NCBI GenBank assembly: GCA_030265395.1
Contig: JARFYF010000052.1
Coordinates: 109,468,149 to 109,532,148, forward strand
Origin: Rhina ancylostomus
Lineage: Eukaryota
Reading direction: 5' to 3'
DNA length: 64,000 bases
Below the pieces are notes generated by a model. It ran no database searches and was not told the origin of the DNA. It saw nothing but the letters and a program-made list of their open reading frames with translations. Both the position numbers and the translations under genes were made by a program. The stretch's first letter is position 1. Every line of letters begins with the position of its first letter. Positions 9,934 to 23,740 of the stretch are shown here, in pieces.

Positions 9934-12900
9934 CTTAGTTAAAAAATGTTATTCAACATTTTTGAAAAGGATATAATTTACCTCTGCCAATGACAATTTG
10001 AATCCAACCAAAAAAACTTATCCAGATAAAGTTAATGGTGCCATTGATCAAAAAGTTTGTATTACCACTGAATGAATGCCAAAGAGAGTGAGATTACATG
10101 GATCTCTGATGTTAGATTTTAAAGCACAATTGAGTTTATTTTCCAAGTACAGTAAGTTCTTGAGAGTTTAAGTTGAATGCTTGCTGGACAGAAGATCATA
10201 ATGTATATTAAAGATCTGAAACAAATTACTACAGATAAACTGATGATCTGAAGAATAGAGAAGAATAAATAAAAGACAGGATGTAACACTGAGATCTCTG
10301 GAGATAATAATGTATTATTATTTTTTTATTATTATTAAATGCACATTATTTTCTTTGACACCAGATTTTTACCAAGAATGTATCTGATTTTCAGACCAAG
10401 TAGTGTGCAATGGGTATTGACTCAAAAAAAAATTATCTAGGTTTAAGACTGAGCAACATGTAATGGTTATTAAATCAATTTCTTGAATGACCTGAGAATA
10501 AGTACCATGTGTCTTAGGAAAAGATTACTTAATAGTGAAGTGAGAGGGATGACCTTTCAAAAATTGGCTCATCAGGAAATGCCACTAGTAACAGATGCTA
10601 TTAAAAATAAATTCAGAAAGGGAAAGATCTGCGGTAGCCCTCACAAGATCATATGAAATTACAGATTTGTCACAATGGCAGTCAAAGAACTAGATAATTT
10701 AGTTACACACTAAACTTGAAAAACAAATGGTTCCTAATACAAAGTCCTCCAGTTCAGGAATAGCTTTAAATACTAGAGCATGCTATTTCCATATATATAC
10801 ACCATTAGGCACTTAGATTAATACTATGGCTAGCGTAGATCCAAGAATGTGCCTATATTGAAATTACAGTAGAATCTTACACAGGGATGCATATTCTGGC
10901 ACAACGACAAAGAAATAAAAAACAAGCAACCTCTTAATGCACTGATGCCAGTTAGTTTACATTCAACAATCAAAACAAAATTTACTTTCCTTATATTACT
11001 TTAAACTCAAGCAACTAATGAAAATTTACAAATTGATCAAATATCATTTTATAATGCTTAAGTTTAAGTTGTTCAATTTAGGAATATAGTTCACTGAAAT
11101 TATACCATTATTCTCCAAAGTGGATTTTATTAATACTCATTCTTATGATTCAAATACAAGTTATATTGCTATTGGATCTGAAATATGGGTGGTGAACCTT
11201 ATTAAACATCAAAATTGTCAATTGTGCAGCAAAGAGGTGATCTTACCAAATTGCTAAAGAAATACACAAGCTGGAAAGTTCAAGCAACAAAAAGATACCT
11301 TTTGCTCCACCTCTGTCTTTCCAGGGTTTAATAGTACAGGCTGCTTTATTGAAAGAGGACATGGTATTAGAAGCACTGTGGAAAATTCTTTCCTCTTTGT
11401 GCTGCCAATCTGACAGACAGCTATAATAGAACCCACCTAACTTCAGAAACATGGTATAACCCAGACCTCATGTCTGGAGGTCATCTCCTTCACCACACTG
11501 TCTGGACTATGAATAGTAGTAAACAAATTAAAGACCTTTTTAATGGCCAATAGTTCTGTTCACTCCAGGGGTTTAGGGAGAGGGACTGTATTCCACTGTT
11601 CAACTTCAAATGATTCACAAATTAAAATGCTTTTTACAAAAAATGTTCAGACAAACAAATGTTCTGCAGGCCAAGAAAATAACATTAGTGCAGCCATTCC
11701 TGAAATAAAATTAAGAAAAGCACTATTTCCTTATAAATGCTATGCTCAGAAAATAAATGGAGCCATTTTAAATTTCCCAAATGAAAGGCTATGCCCCAAA
11801 CATTGACTCTTGATTTTGAATGACTCTTGAGATCTCTCCCTCATAGATCTTCTTTGCTCAGTAGGTCTTTGGGCATTCACCCCTCATCCTGATATCCCTG
11901 AGACCTTTTCCCTTGTCATAAATCACTAATTTTTTCCATCTGCTATTTTGCCACCCCATCTTCTCCCACTTTTTCCTCAGATATACGAATTCTTTTCTTT
12001 CACTGTGCAGATCACTTACATTTGTGATCAATGTCTTCCAGTTAGCTCAATCTCTACATCCCTCAAAACCATAGTATTAACCAACTCTTCAAAAAGAAAT
12101 TACATAACACCTCCCAAATTCAACTGTTACTCTCTTTCTTAAATGTTGGAAAATACATTGGTTTGTATATAAATTGCATCCATAAATGCACAGATAAATA
12201 ACAAAATCAGGAAATTGCTGTAGCTAGTTGCCCAGAACTTTTGCTTTAACAGTTTCCCATCAAAATTAGTTGAACCAGTAAAACAGCATGACCAAACCCA
12301 AACAAATCACTTCAATTTGTGCATCTATGATGCAGATTAAAAAAAAATCAAATATCAAATGGAACAGCACCCATCCCAGTGTACATAAACCTAGTTTACC
12401 TTGGAATAACCCTGAATCTCACACCCTTACAAAGGCCACAATGAGAAGACAAAAAGTAAAATCAATNNNNNNNNNNNNNNNNNNNNNNNNNNNNNNNNNN
12501 NNNNNNNNNNNNNNNNNNNNNNNNNNNNNNNNNNNNNNNNNNNNNNNNNNNNNNNNNNNNNNNNNNNNNNNNNNNNNNNNNNNNNNNNNNNNNNNNNNNN
12601 NNNNNNNNNNNNNNNNNNNNNNNNNNNNNNNNNNNNNNNNNNNNNNNNNNNNNNNNNNNNNNNNNNNNNNNNNNNNNNNNNNNNNNNNNNNNNNNNNNNN
12701 NNNNNNNNNNNNNNNNNNNNNNNNNNNNNNNNNNNNNNNNNNNNNNNNNNNNNNNNNNNNNNNNNNNNNNNNNNNNNNNNNNNNNNNNNNNNNNNNNNNN
12801 NNNNNNNNNNNNNNNNNNNNNNNNNNNNNNNNNNNNNNNNNNNNNNNNNNNNNNNNNNNNNNNNNNNNNNNNNNNNNNNNNNNNGATTACTAGGATGGCA

Positions 12901-13579
12901 GAGCAGCTTCCTATGGAGAAAAGGAGAGCTCCAAACAATCTCTGTATTACAGTGGACCAGTCAAGAGCCAAGGAGGTAAAATGAAGTTGTGCTACAATAC
13001 ATGAGATCTGCAATTGTGGCAAGAGGTAAATCTAGTCTGTTCACTGCCCAAGGAGAGCCCTGTTATCAACTTAGGATCTTTCTGTGGCCAACTCAAGCTC
13101 TACATTGAACTCATCAATGAAGCAATGACTTTTGTGGATCAACATATGAAGAACAACATACCAGGAAAAGGTCAGAGCTTGTCCATTCAAAAGCAGGAGA
13201 AGTTTAATTATTTGATCATTCTTAATTACAGCCAATTTAAAACCTCTGAAAATTTATTTCTCCAGGCTTGACGTTGCATTCCCTTAGATTTCAATTAATA
13301 TTGGAGATCTAACAAAAAATAATGAAATGTTTTAAGTTTGTTTTCTTTGCTCTTCTTTCATCCCAATCTAATCTTCCTTTCACCATCTTATTTTCTATAA
13401 TGATCTGGTATGAAATATGCCAAAGGTCCATTTCCTGGTTAAAGAGACACTCAATTGTTTTTCTTGTTTGCACAGGTCCCAGATCCCATAAAAAAAGTGA
13501 TAACCTGCTTTTCATTTCTAATATCTCTAACTTCCAAAACAAAGAAAGTATGTAGGCAAGTGTAAGCATGATGATTAGT

Positions 13580-14705
13580 ATCATATCTCAACTATGCCTT
13601 ATCTCCATCTTTCTCCATCTCTATCATATTTGCTCTGATGATGAGATATTCCATGCAGTGCTCATGAGATGTCTTCTTTCTTCCTGAACCATTGTTTTCC
13701 CTCCATTATTAGTTAAGAGAGTCCTTGGTTGCATTTCATTTATTTCCCACACTTTTGCTCTCACTCCCTACCTTCCCGGACAAAGCTACAATTGAGTTCC
13801 CCAGATTCTCAACTATCACCTACCAGCTTCCACATTCAATGGATCGCCCATCGCATTTTCCACCACCTTCAACAGTATTTCACTACCAGACATATCCCCC
13901 CACCCGCCCCCCGCCCCCCCCCCNNNNNNNNNNTGCTCTTCCATCCTCATGAACCACTCCTTTTATGGCACTATCCCATGCAATTGCAACTCATGCAACA
14001 CCTATCCTTTCACCTCTTTCCTTCCCACCACCCAGTGCCCCGAACAGTTCTTCCAGGTGAAGCAGCAATTGACTTGTATTTCCAATCTAGTGTAATGCAT
14101 TTGATGTTCATAATATGATCACCTGCATTGTTACAACAAAATGCAATATGTGCTTAAGGAACAACACTTCCAACTGGGCCTTCAGGACTCAATATCAAAT
14201 TCCACAATTTCAGGTAATTCTCTTTCTCTGTCTATATCAGAACAGGCCAGATCATCCATTTGTGGTATTGGCTCAGTTTTTCTCTCTCCATTGGCATAGT
14301 TTTTCTCTCTCCATATGCCCTGCAGGGCATATCCTGCAGCCTTGAATTTTGTAACTCTCACATTCCTTTATGTTCTCAATCTCTAACTGCCCTCATTCCA
14401 TAGCTTTGAAAAAAGGACATCTTCCATCCCTAACTCCCTCTGCTAACACATCGACAAGATGACCTCATTTACAGCTTATCCACAGGGCAATCCTGGCCTC
14501 ATCCCATCAAAGATACTCCTTTTGTCCTGTCCATCCCTCTTCATCTCCCCTTAGCATGATACTAGCTTGTTTCCTCTCCTTCCCAGTTATGACAAAGGGT
14601 CTTTGACCTGAACCTCTGTTTCTTTTTCTATACATGCTAAATGACCAGCTAATTGTTTCCAGGAATTTGTTTTATTTCAGGTTTCCAGCATCTGTAGTTT
14701 TTTGA
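13580..14705 (+). mobile_element. Degenerate Penelope-like (GIY-YIG) retroelement fragment with terminal repeat
   Basis: 'ttccaggtgaagcagcaattgacttgt...tccaatctagtgtaatgcatttgatgttc' (FQVKQQLTC...NLV...I.C, start of GIY-YIG region, frameshifted); terminal 'gacaaagggtctttgacctgaa...ttccagcatctgtag' shared with 30467, 42805 and 60285. Confidence 0.65.
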
Positions 14706-14720
14706 TTATCATTTGATTAT

Positions 14721-14965
14721 GGGCGGCACTGTAGTGTAGCGGTTAGCGCAACGCTATTACAGTGCCAGCGATCGGGGTTCGATTCCCATCACTGTCTATA
14801 AGGAGTTTGTACATTCTCCTGTGTCTGTGTGGGTTTCCTCTGGGTGCTCCAGTTTCCTCTGACATTCTAAAGACGTATGGGTAGGGTAATATGAGGTTTA
14901 AAATGGGCAGTGCGGACTTGTTGGGCCAGGAGGGCCTGTACCACGCTGTAAATAAAATTTAAAAA
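14721..14965 (+). mobile_element. Full-length tRNA-derived V-SINE (HE1-like)
   Basis: Box A TAGTGTAGCGG (14732-14742), box B GGTTCGATTCC (14776-14786), V-domain ggagtttgtacattctcctgtgtctgtgtgggtttcctctgggtgctccagtttcctc, and LINE-like tail gggccaggagggcctgtaccacgctgtaaataaaatttaaaa. Confidence 0.88.
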
Positions 14966-15659
14966 TATTCACTGGCTGCTGGATGCAAATGCCAGTTGAG
15001 TGATGAGTTGTTCTATCCAGTTTTCCTTCCTCCACATTCTATTTCTTTCTCTCATCAAAAACTACCATGTAACTTTCCTCTCTGATGCTCTTTTGCTCCA
15101 TTCTGAAATCCTTTCCTCTACCCGTTTCCCTTCACTACCAGCCTAGTCATCATAAACCAAATTAGTGATTGGTTTGAGTATACAATTAAAATCAAACTGA
15201 ACCCAAGCACTTACAATTTTTCCACACATGAATCAACCCAGAAGGATATGCAGAATAGTGTGCTCAGTTACCAGTACGGAGTCAGACAATGCCCATGCCC
15301 AAAAAAGCCTTGGTGAAATCACCCATCCACTCTCCATGGTCAGAGTCACCATCCGATCACTGTGAACTTGAAGCTGACACCTGGGAGAATGTGTTCTAAT
15401 GTCAGCAACGTTCCTGGTCAAATCCCTGGCTGGATATTACCACCTGACCATGATACTGAGGCAAACTTCAACCAGAGACCAAAGAAATCACAGCAAATCC
15501 TTGAATATTGTCCCATCTGCATTCCCTTGTCAAATATCACATCCTGCCGCCAACACCAAGCCAAACTTGACAACACCATCCAGAAATTCCAAGTTCTGGA
15601 TAAAGTCCCATGTTAAAACATGTTAAATCAGTTGTGACTTGCAGAATTGACAAGGGAGA

Positions 15660-16706
15660 AAAAAAAAATCAATGAATGCACTATATCTGGCTTTCCAGAT
15701 GGCCTTAAATAATGTTCACACAAAGGGGTTATTAAACAGAAGTGGAGCACATGGCTTTCGGGGTAACATGTTGGCATGAATTGAGAATTGGATTAATGAA
15801 CAGAAAACACAGAGCGATCACTTTTTGCTGGAGCAGCAGTAACTAGCGGGGTAATACAGGGCACCATGGTGGGGCCCTGGCTGTTCACAATCTATAATCA
15901 ATGATTTGAATGAGGGGGTCAAGTGTAATATATCCAAGTCTTCTAATGATATAAAGCTGAAGAGAAAGAAAATCGGAAGGAGTATATGGACTAAGAAAAT
16001 GGACAAATAAAAAAGAGCAGATGGAATATAATGTAGAAAATGTTTTACACTTTGGTAGAAAAAGTAGAATGGAGAGTATTTTTAAATGTTGACAGATTGA
16101 AATGCGTTGCTGTTCAGGACCCAAGTGTCCTTGTACACTGCAAGGGTAACACACAGTTCAGCAAGCAGTTATGAAAACAAATAGTATGTTGGCCTTAATT
16201 GCATAAGGATTTGATAACAATAAAGATTCAACAGATTTATTCCTGAGAAGGTGGAGGGGTGTTGTACAATGAGAAAAATTTAAGCAGATTGGGCCTGCTT
16301 AAGTTCCAAAGAATGAGAGGTTATCTTTTGAAACATACAACATTTTATGAGGCTTGACAGAGTATATGCTGAGACAATGATTACTCTGTCAGGGATGGCC
16401 AGAACCAAAGATTACAGTCTTAAAAATAAGGAGTTGGGGATTATAGAAAAGGAGATGAAAAGCAATTTCTTTACCCAGAGGGTAGTGAATCTTTGGAATT
16501 CTCTATCCAAGAAGGCTGTGGAGGCTCAGTCAATCAGTGCATTCAAGACAGAAATTGATGACATTTTGGATATTCTGGGAATAAAGGGATATGGAGTTAG
16601 TGCAGAAAATTGGCACAATGATAAAGGATAGGCTGCGATCTTAACAAGCGGCGGAGCAGGCACGAGGGCCTGAATGACCTACTCCTACTCTGTTTCTTAT
16701 GCTCTT
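15660..16706 (+). mobile_element. CR1 LINE, decayed RT region to 3' end
   Basis: ORF 16347-16631 has NFFTQRVVNLWNSLSKKAVEAQSISAFKTEID; the upstream YL.FQ.A...V.H motif is degenerate; tail tcttatgctctta. Confidence 0.85.
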
Positions 16707-19700
16707 ACATCACCAGCTGACTGCACCAAAGCAAACTTGAAATTGATAGCCAAGAAATATTGCTCTACGTCGAGGCAACATTACTCAGTCAATCCCTTAT
16801 TAGGCATCACACCCATGGAGATCAAGCTAAAACAACCTCTCATGAATAAGTTCTCTGAGTCCAGGCAACCTTCCCCCTCCACTCTCTTGCCAAGTTTCAT
16901 ACAGAGTGTCAAATTTGAAACTGACAGCTAAAAACCAGTCTTCCATGCTTGGTCAAGTCTTTCTTTCTGTGGTAAACTGTCTATCATAAGCACGCACCAC
17001 TCGCTGACACAGAGTCAAGCTGACCTGGCTAAAGTACTACGTTCGGCCAGTAATCATAACCTTGCCTGAGTGTGTTGGTAGAAAATGAACCTGACACAAC
17101 CCAACCCTAACTCAATATGTGCTATTGGATTCAGGTTAGGTAGTCCGGCACAACGCCACCTTATAAAATGATCAGAAACACACTATCAACTTGATAAAAG
17201 AAAACTCATCAAAAATAGTAAGGCTGAAATAATGAAGAGTACTATCAAAAGACAAATCTAATTTTAAACACCAAAACAAATTACATTTTGCCATGTCTTT
17301 ACATAAATGAGACAAGTTCAGAGATTTCAAAATAATACACTGCACTTTCTTCATGTCAATTAACTCATATTGGAAAATTTGATTTTTATCATTCCAGAAA
17401 CAAAGTCACTGAATTGTTATAGTTAGGGAAAGTGTGCACATAAATGATAAGCAGAAGGATTTTTTTGAAAAAGGTCCTGAGGATACACGAGGCACCTGAT
17501 ATGATCTTTCTTGGAAATATGCATGGCACTTGAACAATACTAGAGTTTAATGATGCATGTTTGGATTAGTTACACATGAAACAAAAATTGGAAAAAAAAA
17601 CTGGTTTAAAATATATTATTGGCTTCTGGTTGATGTCATTTTTACCCAAGCACCAATGCATGAAATCAACCTCCATTTGTAATGTTGAAAAGAATCTGTT
17701 TCAAATGCAACATGTTGATGCACATTCATCCTAAAGTAAATAATGATCTAATTGGCATGAATTTTGTTTACATACTGAAGACACAAGTAAATCGCACAAC
17801 AGAATAAATAGATAGTGTGATATTTCTCACCTGTATACAAAATATTTTATCAGGTACTGCTGCTATTCTGGATTAGATTTAACTTTTGGACAAGAGACTG
17901 AATAGATTGGTAGAATAAGGTTTGCCAATTGGCTACTTTAACACACAATTTTTAAAGCTCCTGATTCATGCAGAAAGCATTTTTTGGCAACAGGATTATG
18001 CATTCATCAAAACATAACTGCCAATTTTGGTCAATAAGGCTCTTTATTTATAGCATTTACTCTGAAACCAGGTCAAACCATTACCTGAGATTACAAAGTT
18101 TGTAAATTAAAATTAGAAATCGGCTTCAGCAGTTACCAGGAACAACACCCAAGTCCAGCTATTTCCCTGTAATCTACATTTTATTTCTTCACTAGAACCA
18201 CGCAGTTTCAAACACTACATTTTACATCCCTTGAGAAGTTTTATTATGATGTAGATACCATATAACTGCATGCTGCGTGCTCAAACTGATTGTAAAGAGT
18301 AATAGTATACAATGAACTTTAAACATTAAGTTTCAAAATTATCCTGCCTAATTGGGACCTGACTAATAAGCCTATTTGGATGAACTAGCTTGCTTTTTAA
18401 AAATCATCAGGTTAGTACAAAACTAACTTCACCATTTTCCCCCAGAGTAGACATGAAAAAAACTTTGCCTGCAAATAAACTCCTGTTGGGTGCACGTTGA
18501 TTGGAAATGTCAACCTTTCAAAAAAGGCCTAAAAAGAATGACATATGCTGGGTTAATTAGGTTGTGACCCTTAAAATGAAAAAAAAATTCCTGATAAAAA
18601 TATTTTTAAGCGAACCCATCAACTTAGGAAAATGCTAACAAGATTGTGCAAGAGTGTGATCATTCAAAAGTAGATCCAAGTCTAATTAGTCTTGTTAGTA
18701 AATAACACAAGGCTATTGAGATCCTCTATATGAAAAACTGCTGTAAAATAAAAAGAAAATGTTGTTTATTTGTAACTGGTAAGAAATTATGACTTCAAAA
18801 AATGTTAATATTGATACATCAGTCCTCCACTTTATAAAGTGTAGGTAAATTGTCAAGCAGAAAGTCCCCACAGTCTGACCTGTTATTAGCACTACTTTAT
18901 TAAACCTAATTTTTGTGGCTGCCAAGCAGAAAAACAGGAAGTAATCATGGTCTGTAAAAACTTGCAATTGTTTCCCCACCAGGGCCCTTCTTACTAACAT
19001 AATGTGAGGCAATACATTCCAAACCTATTAAAACGTAGACCTTGCCGGACATGCTCACTCTAGCTGTAGCCTTCCAGCTGTCTGTCTGCTATAATATATC
19101 CCAGCTGTCAATCCTGAAGAAAACCAGCCAGTTAGAGCAGAAACAATTTCATCCAGAATGTTACAGACTTCTCCAGATTTACAAATACATAGATAGTACT
19201 AGTTGGATAGGCTGAATCAAGTCCAGCAGGATGGTCAGAGGCAAAAAGATTGCAATCAACAGTTTGTTTATGGAACTTTGAAGAAAAACAAACATTTGCA
19301 AACAAATGCCTCAAGGTGTTTCCAGTCACTGGGAATGAAAACTAAAAAGATAAAAATCAATTAATGTAACATGGAATTTCATCTTTTCAAATGCTGTATA
19401 CTGCAGACCACATTCAAAAAATGAAACAGCAATCTTCAGCATATATATCACTTTCTAAAAAAAAGGATGAGGACATAAAATTCTGATTGAGAGGAATACC
19501 ATTTAAGCATTTTGAATGCAACATTCTGGAGTTTGGGTAGTAAGTGGAACTGTGCACAACAAATGTAGAAATGTTAATGGTTTTTAACAGAGTGTACCTT
19601 GTGATAGCAAGTTAGATGTCCAAGTTATTTTTGATGAGTAAGATAACATTTTTTTGGTTGAAGTACAACCACCCATTAATCGAGTGTAAAGTAGTAACAA

Positions 19701-20204
19701 AGCTTGACACACCCCAGTTCTTTCTTACCATTTTGGTTTAAAGTTTATTATTCTGCCCCATGCCTCAGAACTTGCAGCCATCTGGACAGCACTGATCCAG
19801 CAATTGTTTATAAATTCTACAAAGATTCCAGTAATCCCTATGATAGTAAGTATGATGAATTTACAACTCATTGACATTGTTTTCTAAATACTTGATTTCT
19901 ATCTTTACTCTGGAGACTGCAACCTCGATTCCCTGTCCACCTGTCCAACAAAAGGAAAGGATCTTAATTTCTTGTATTGATGACACTTTCTAGAAGAATA
20001 GAAATGCATTGCATTAAGTGGTTAATTTTGGACTTCCATTCACTTTGATTTAATTTGTATAATTCCAAAAGCAAATATTTTGTATCAGCCTATATCATAT
20101 CCACAAATCATCACACTGGTCTCCAGGAACCCTATCACATGCTAGCAGAAGATGTAGCATTAAAACCTTTAATTATCTTTGATAACATGATACACTTATT
20201 TAGC

Positions 20205-20530
20205 ATCCAGAGTCCTGGATTTTTGATTTGTGTTCTCCAATCTCACCAGGACAGCTTGAGAATTTAAATTCAAGTAAGTAAATTAATTTGGAATTAAAAA
20301 TCCAGTATCAATGAGGATAACCACAAAATTACCTGATAGTTATAATAACCAGCATACTTCAGAGAAGGGAATGTGCCATTTTCATCAAGCATGGCCAATA
20401 TATGATTCCAGACCGAAGTGGCTGACTCTAAACCACCCTCTAAAATGGGCTAACAAAGCAATCAGTTTAGGGGCAATTAAAGATGGTCAATATCTATGGT
20501 TGCCAATGACATGGTAATTCCATACAGGAG
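20205..20530 (+). mobile_element. Degenerate shark SINE (SacSINE1/DeuSINE-like) with CR1-derived tail
   Basis: 'gaatttaaattcaa...aatttggaatt' and 'gtggctgactctaaaccaccctctaaaatgg...ggggcaattaaagatggtcaata'; the tail resembles 47445-47515. Confidence 0.5.
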
Positions 20531-23249
20531 TTAAGATAAAAGTAAAAATCCCATGGAAGTAGTAAAGTCTCAAATCTTGCTAAAGATGAACCAACTTACT
20601 AACATTCAGACTTTGTCTTGTGGAGATTCAAAAATGGGAATTAATACCCAGTTTGATCTGCACACTAAGCCTAATAATTTAACAGTATGTTTTGTCTGGC
20701 AATCACACCATGAAATTATTTTTAAATATAGGCTTTCTTTATTTCATTCTGTATAAATGATAATTGTTCTTAATGCAATGAAGAGGAAAATAATTCTGCC
20801 TTGAAGAGAGAAAGGAACACTAATGTAACTAGTTCCTTTTTAAACTTAACAGAATATTATCATTTAAGATGTGCCTGATGATAGAAAAGATTCACTTCAG
20901 AATTTTAAATTATGAGGGAAAAAGCTGTCAGCTTAATCTTAAAATTTCTTACAAGGAAACTTGATTCCAATCAATACTCAAGCCTGTTTCAGCAAAACCT
21001 CAACTGGGTTGAAAAGTAGTAGCCAATTTCCTGTAATTAATCTAATGTTGCTGATTACTGATCAACAATTGAGCAAATCGTTCAGAAGCTCATTTATTCA
21101 AGCATCAGTGATTGCTACCAAATGTTCTTAAGTTTTACCATATTGGTTATTCAGAAATGACATTATCAATTAAACTGACCCAAGTTCTTATCAAGATACC
21201 CACAAAAGACCAGTAAACAAATGGGTGCAAAAAAGAATTATTGGGTTCAGGAATCCAGTTTCCAAGACCTGGTCCAAAACATTTTTTTGGCTTTTCTTTG
21301 TGTTCTACATGCAGAAATTTCTTTGTTTTATTCACACCTGAAATATGTGTATTTTCCTGCTCTGAAAATGGTATATCTTGACTCAGTCAAAACACACACT
21401 TAGTTTATAAAAGTAAAATCATTTTAATAAAAATGAAGCATTGGTATTAAGTTCATACAGTTTTATATTTGAAAGGTTGTCTTGAAGTGGAGAGTCTCAA
21501 AACCCACAAGGAAATAATAATGTTTCCTAGAATCTAGCCTTGAAGTCTCACTGTTTCTAATAGAAAACCCATTAAAATGCAATTTGAAAAGCACTACATT
21601 TCTTCAAAGCCTATTAATGGAGTCCCTTGGATTAGGCACAATAATGGTTCAACTAGTTACTCCTCTGTTTAGCACAGTAACAAATGAGTAAAACAGAACA
21701 TTCTGCAGAATTCAAACCTTACTCCCTTGTGTAAAAGTCTTCTGATTAATTGAATTAACACAATCATCAGAATTAATATTTATGGACATTCACATTCTGT
21801 CTTCTTTTAGTTTAAAGAACTAGTCACGTGTAGCACAAAATAAATACCTTCATTATGAAAAAGAGCACATAAATGGCATAAATGGGGCCCGAGCTAGGGG
21901 GAAGGAACAGGAGGCTCCAGCTGGAACCCACACTACAATGTTCCTAGCTCACATCACTAATCATCCCCATCTTCACAATATCAGCAGTAGCCTGGGAATG
22001 GGGCAAGAGAATTCTTTCCAAAAAAAAGCCATTAAACCAGTGACCTAAATGGGAGTAGGGTAGCCCAGACTGTACCTATACCGACCACACTACCAAAAAA
22101 ATCTGTTCCCTTATACTTTCATCAGTCATCTTTAAGTTTACTGACAGTATCATCATGGAAGGTGAGAGAGAAGCAAAGCTAAATATGACAATAGATACCT
22201 AATAATGTTTGCAACAATTAATCAGCTCCTAGAGGCATCTAATAATGAAGCTGTCCAAATGGGAGCTAACCAGATACATGGACCACAGGATCTACCAAAC
22301 TGAGAGAGTGTCAGACTTTCTTTCAATGAATGGGTCAGAGCTAGGGCTAAGCAGTCTCTGAAGATCATTGTGTCCAAGACCAAATAATTCTTAATCCAGC
22401 TCCAATCAATTAAAAAATCACAGGTGCACCACTCAAATTTTTCAACTTTATTTTGATAATCATTCTCAGTGCTTAGGCCCTGCTGGCAGGGCTCATATAT
22501 ATTGTCTAATCTTAGTCCCACTAGGGAAACTAGTGGTGGGCTTTCGTCTCAAACGACTACAATCCGTGTGTTCAAGGTACTTCTGTAATGTTATTAATGG
22601 AATTATCATACTGATATCAGAATGTGTTTTGCAAATATTGAGCTTGCTTACCAAATAATGGAGTTGGTGATTTGACACTATGCTTCTATGACAGAACAAA
22701 GCCATGCTTTGTGAAGCTAATGACATCTTAGATTAAACAGAAAATTACGCAATTTAACCCAACTCTGCAAGAGTCTCGAAATGATATCAGGGTAAAGCTC
22801 ATTTAAAGAGTGTGCAGATCATCGAACAGGCTATGAATTTAGTCTGTAAGGCTGCATGTTATAAATTTTTGGATGTTTTGTGAACTAGAAGTTTACATTC
22901 AATAGATTAAAAAATTGTTCAAAAATTCTCACACTAAAAATCCCTCCCGTTGCCCACTGTTTTATTAATTTCTTTCATGCGACAATGATTCCAAATTATA
23001 AATGGCATCTTATCCTCATAATGGAAAGTATAGAGAATACTTTTTATTCAGAATAGATTTTACTACAGCTGGACTCAGGGGATTAGTCACAGGTTCTGCC
23101 AATTTAAAATGATATTCACGGTAATAAAGTTCGAAGCAAGTTAGAAAACATACTGAAAATAAAAAAAGGAAAACAATAACTCTTGCATAGAAAAAAATAA
23201 AGTAGCAAAATCCCCAGCTGCTTTGGATAATGTTAAAGGTGGAGGCTTT

Positions 23250-23740
23250 TTGTAAAAGCAATGTGGCCCTGCTCTTATCTCATTGTCCTCCATTTCTTCC
23301 ACCTTCAAACACTTATCCAATTCTTTTTAAAAAGCCACAAATGAACCTGCTTCCATCACTCTGTCAGGTAATGCATTCCAACACACTAGATGAAAAGATT
23401 TTCTCGCATTTCTTTTGGGGTTCCTTTGCCAATCACCTTAAGTCCTTGTTCCCTGTATCTCAAATATTCCATAAATGGATAGAGTTGCAGTTCATTTACT
23501 TAATCTAGACCCTACATGGTTTTGAACACTTCTGTCAAAACCTGCTCTTAACTTTTTCTGATCTCTCCACGTAGAAATCTCTCATCACTGGAACCATTCT
23601 AATAAACCTTTTCTGGATCCCTCTAAGGTACTCAGAGTTGGGCACAATGCTCCCGTTGTTTGGCCAAATCCATGTTTGCAAAGTAACTCTCTTGTTTTTG
23701 AACTCTATGCTTCTATTTAAAAGTTAAGCACTCCATGTAA
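23250..23740 (-). mobile_element. Degenerate CR1 3' fragment (same family at ~34050-34360)
   Basis: 'ttatccaattctttttaaa...gcattcca...ttcctttgccaatca' shared with 34095-34210. Confidence 0.6.

Noticed and set aside
14721-14795. tRNA gene
   Set aside because: Has A and B boxes but no complete cloverleaf and continues into a V-domain and LINE-like tail; it is a SINE head.
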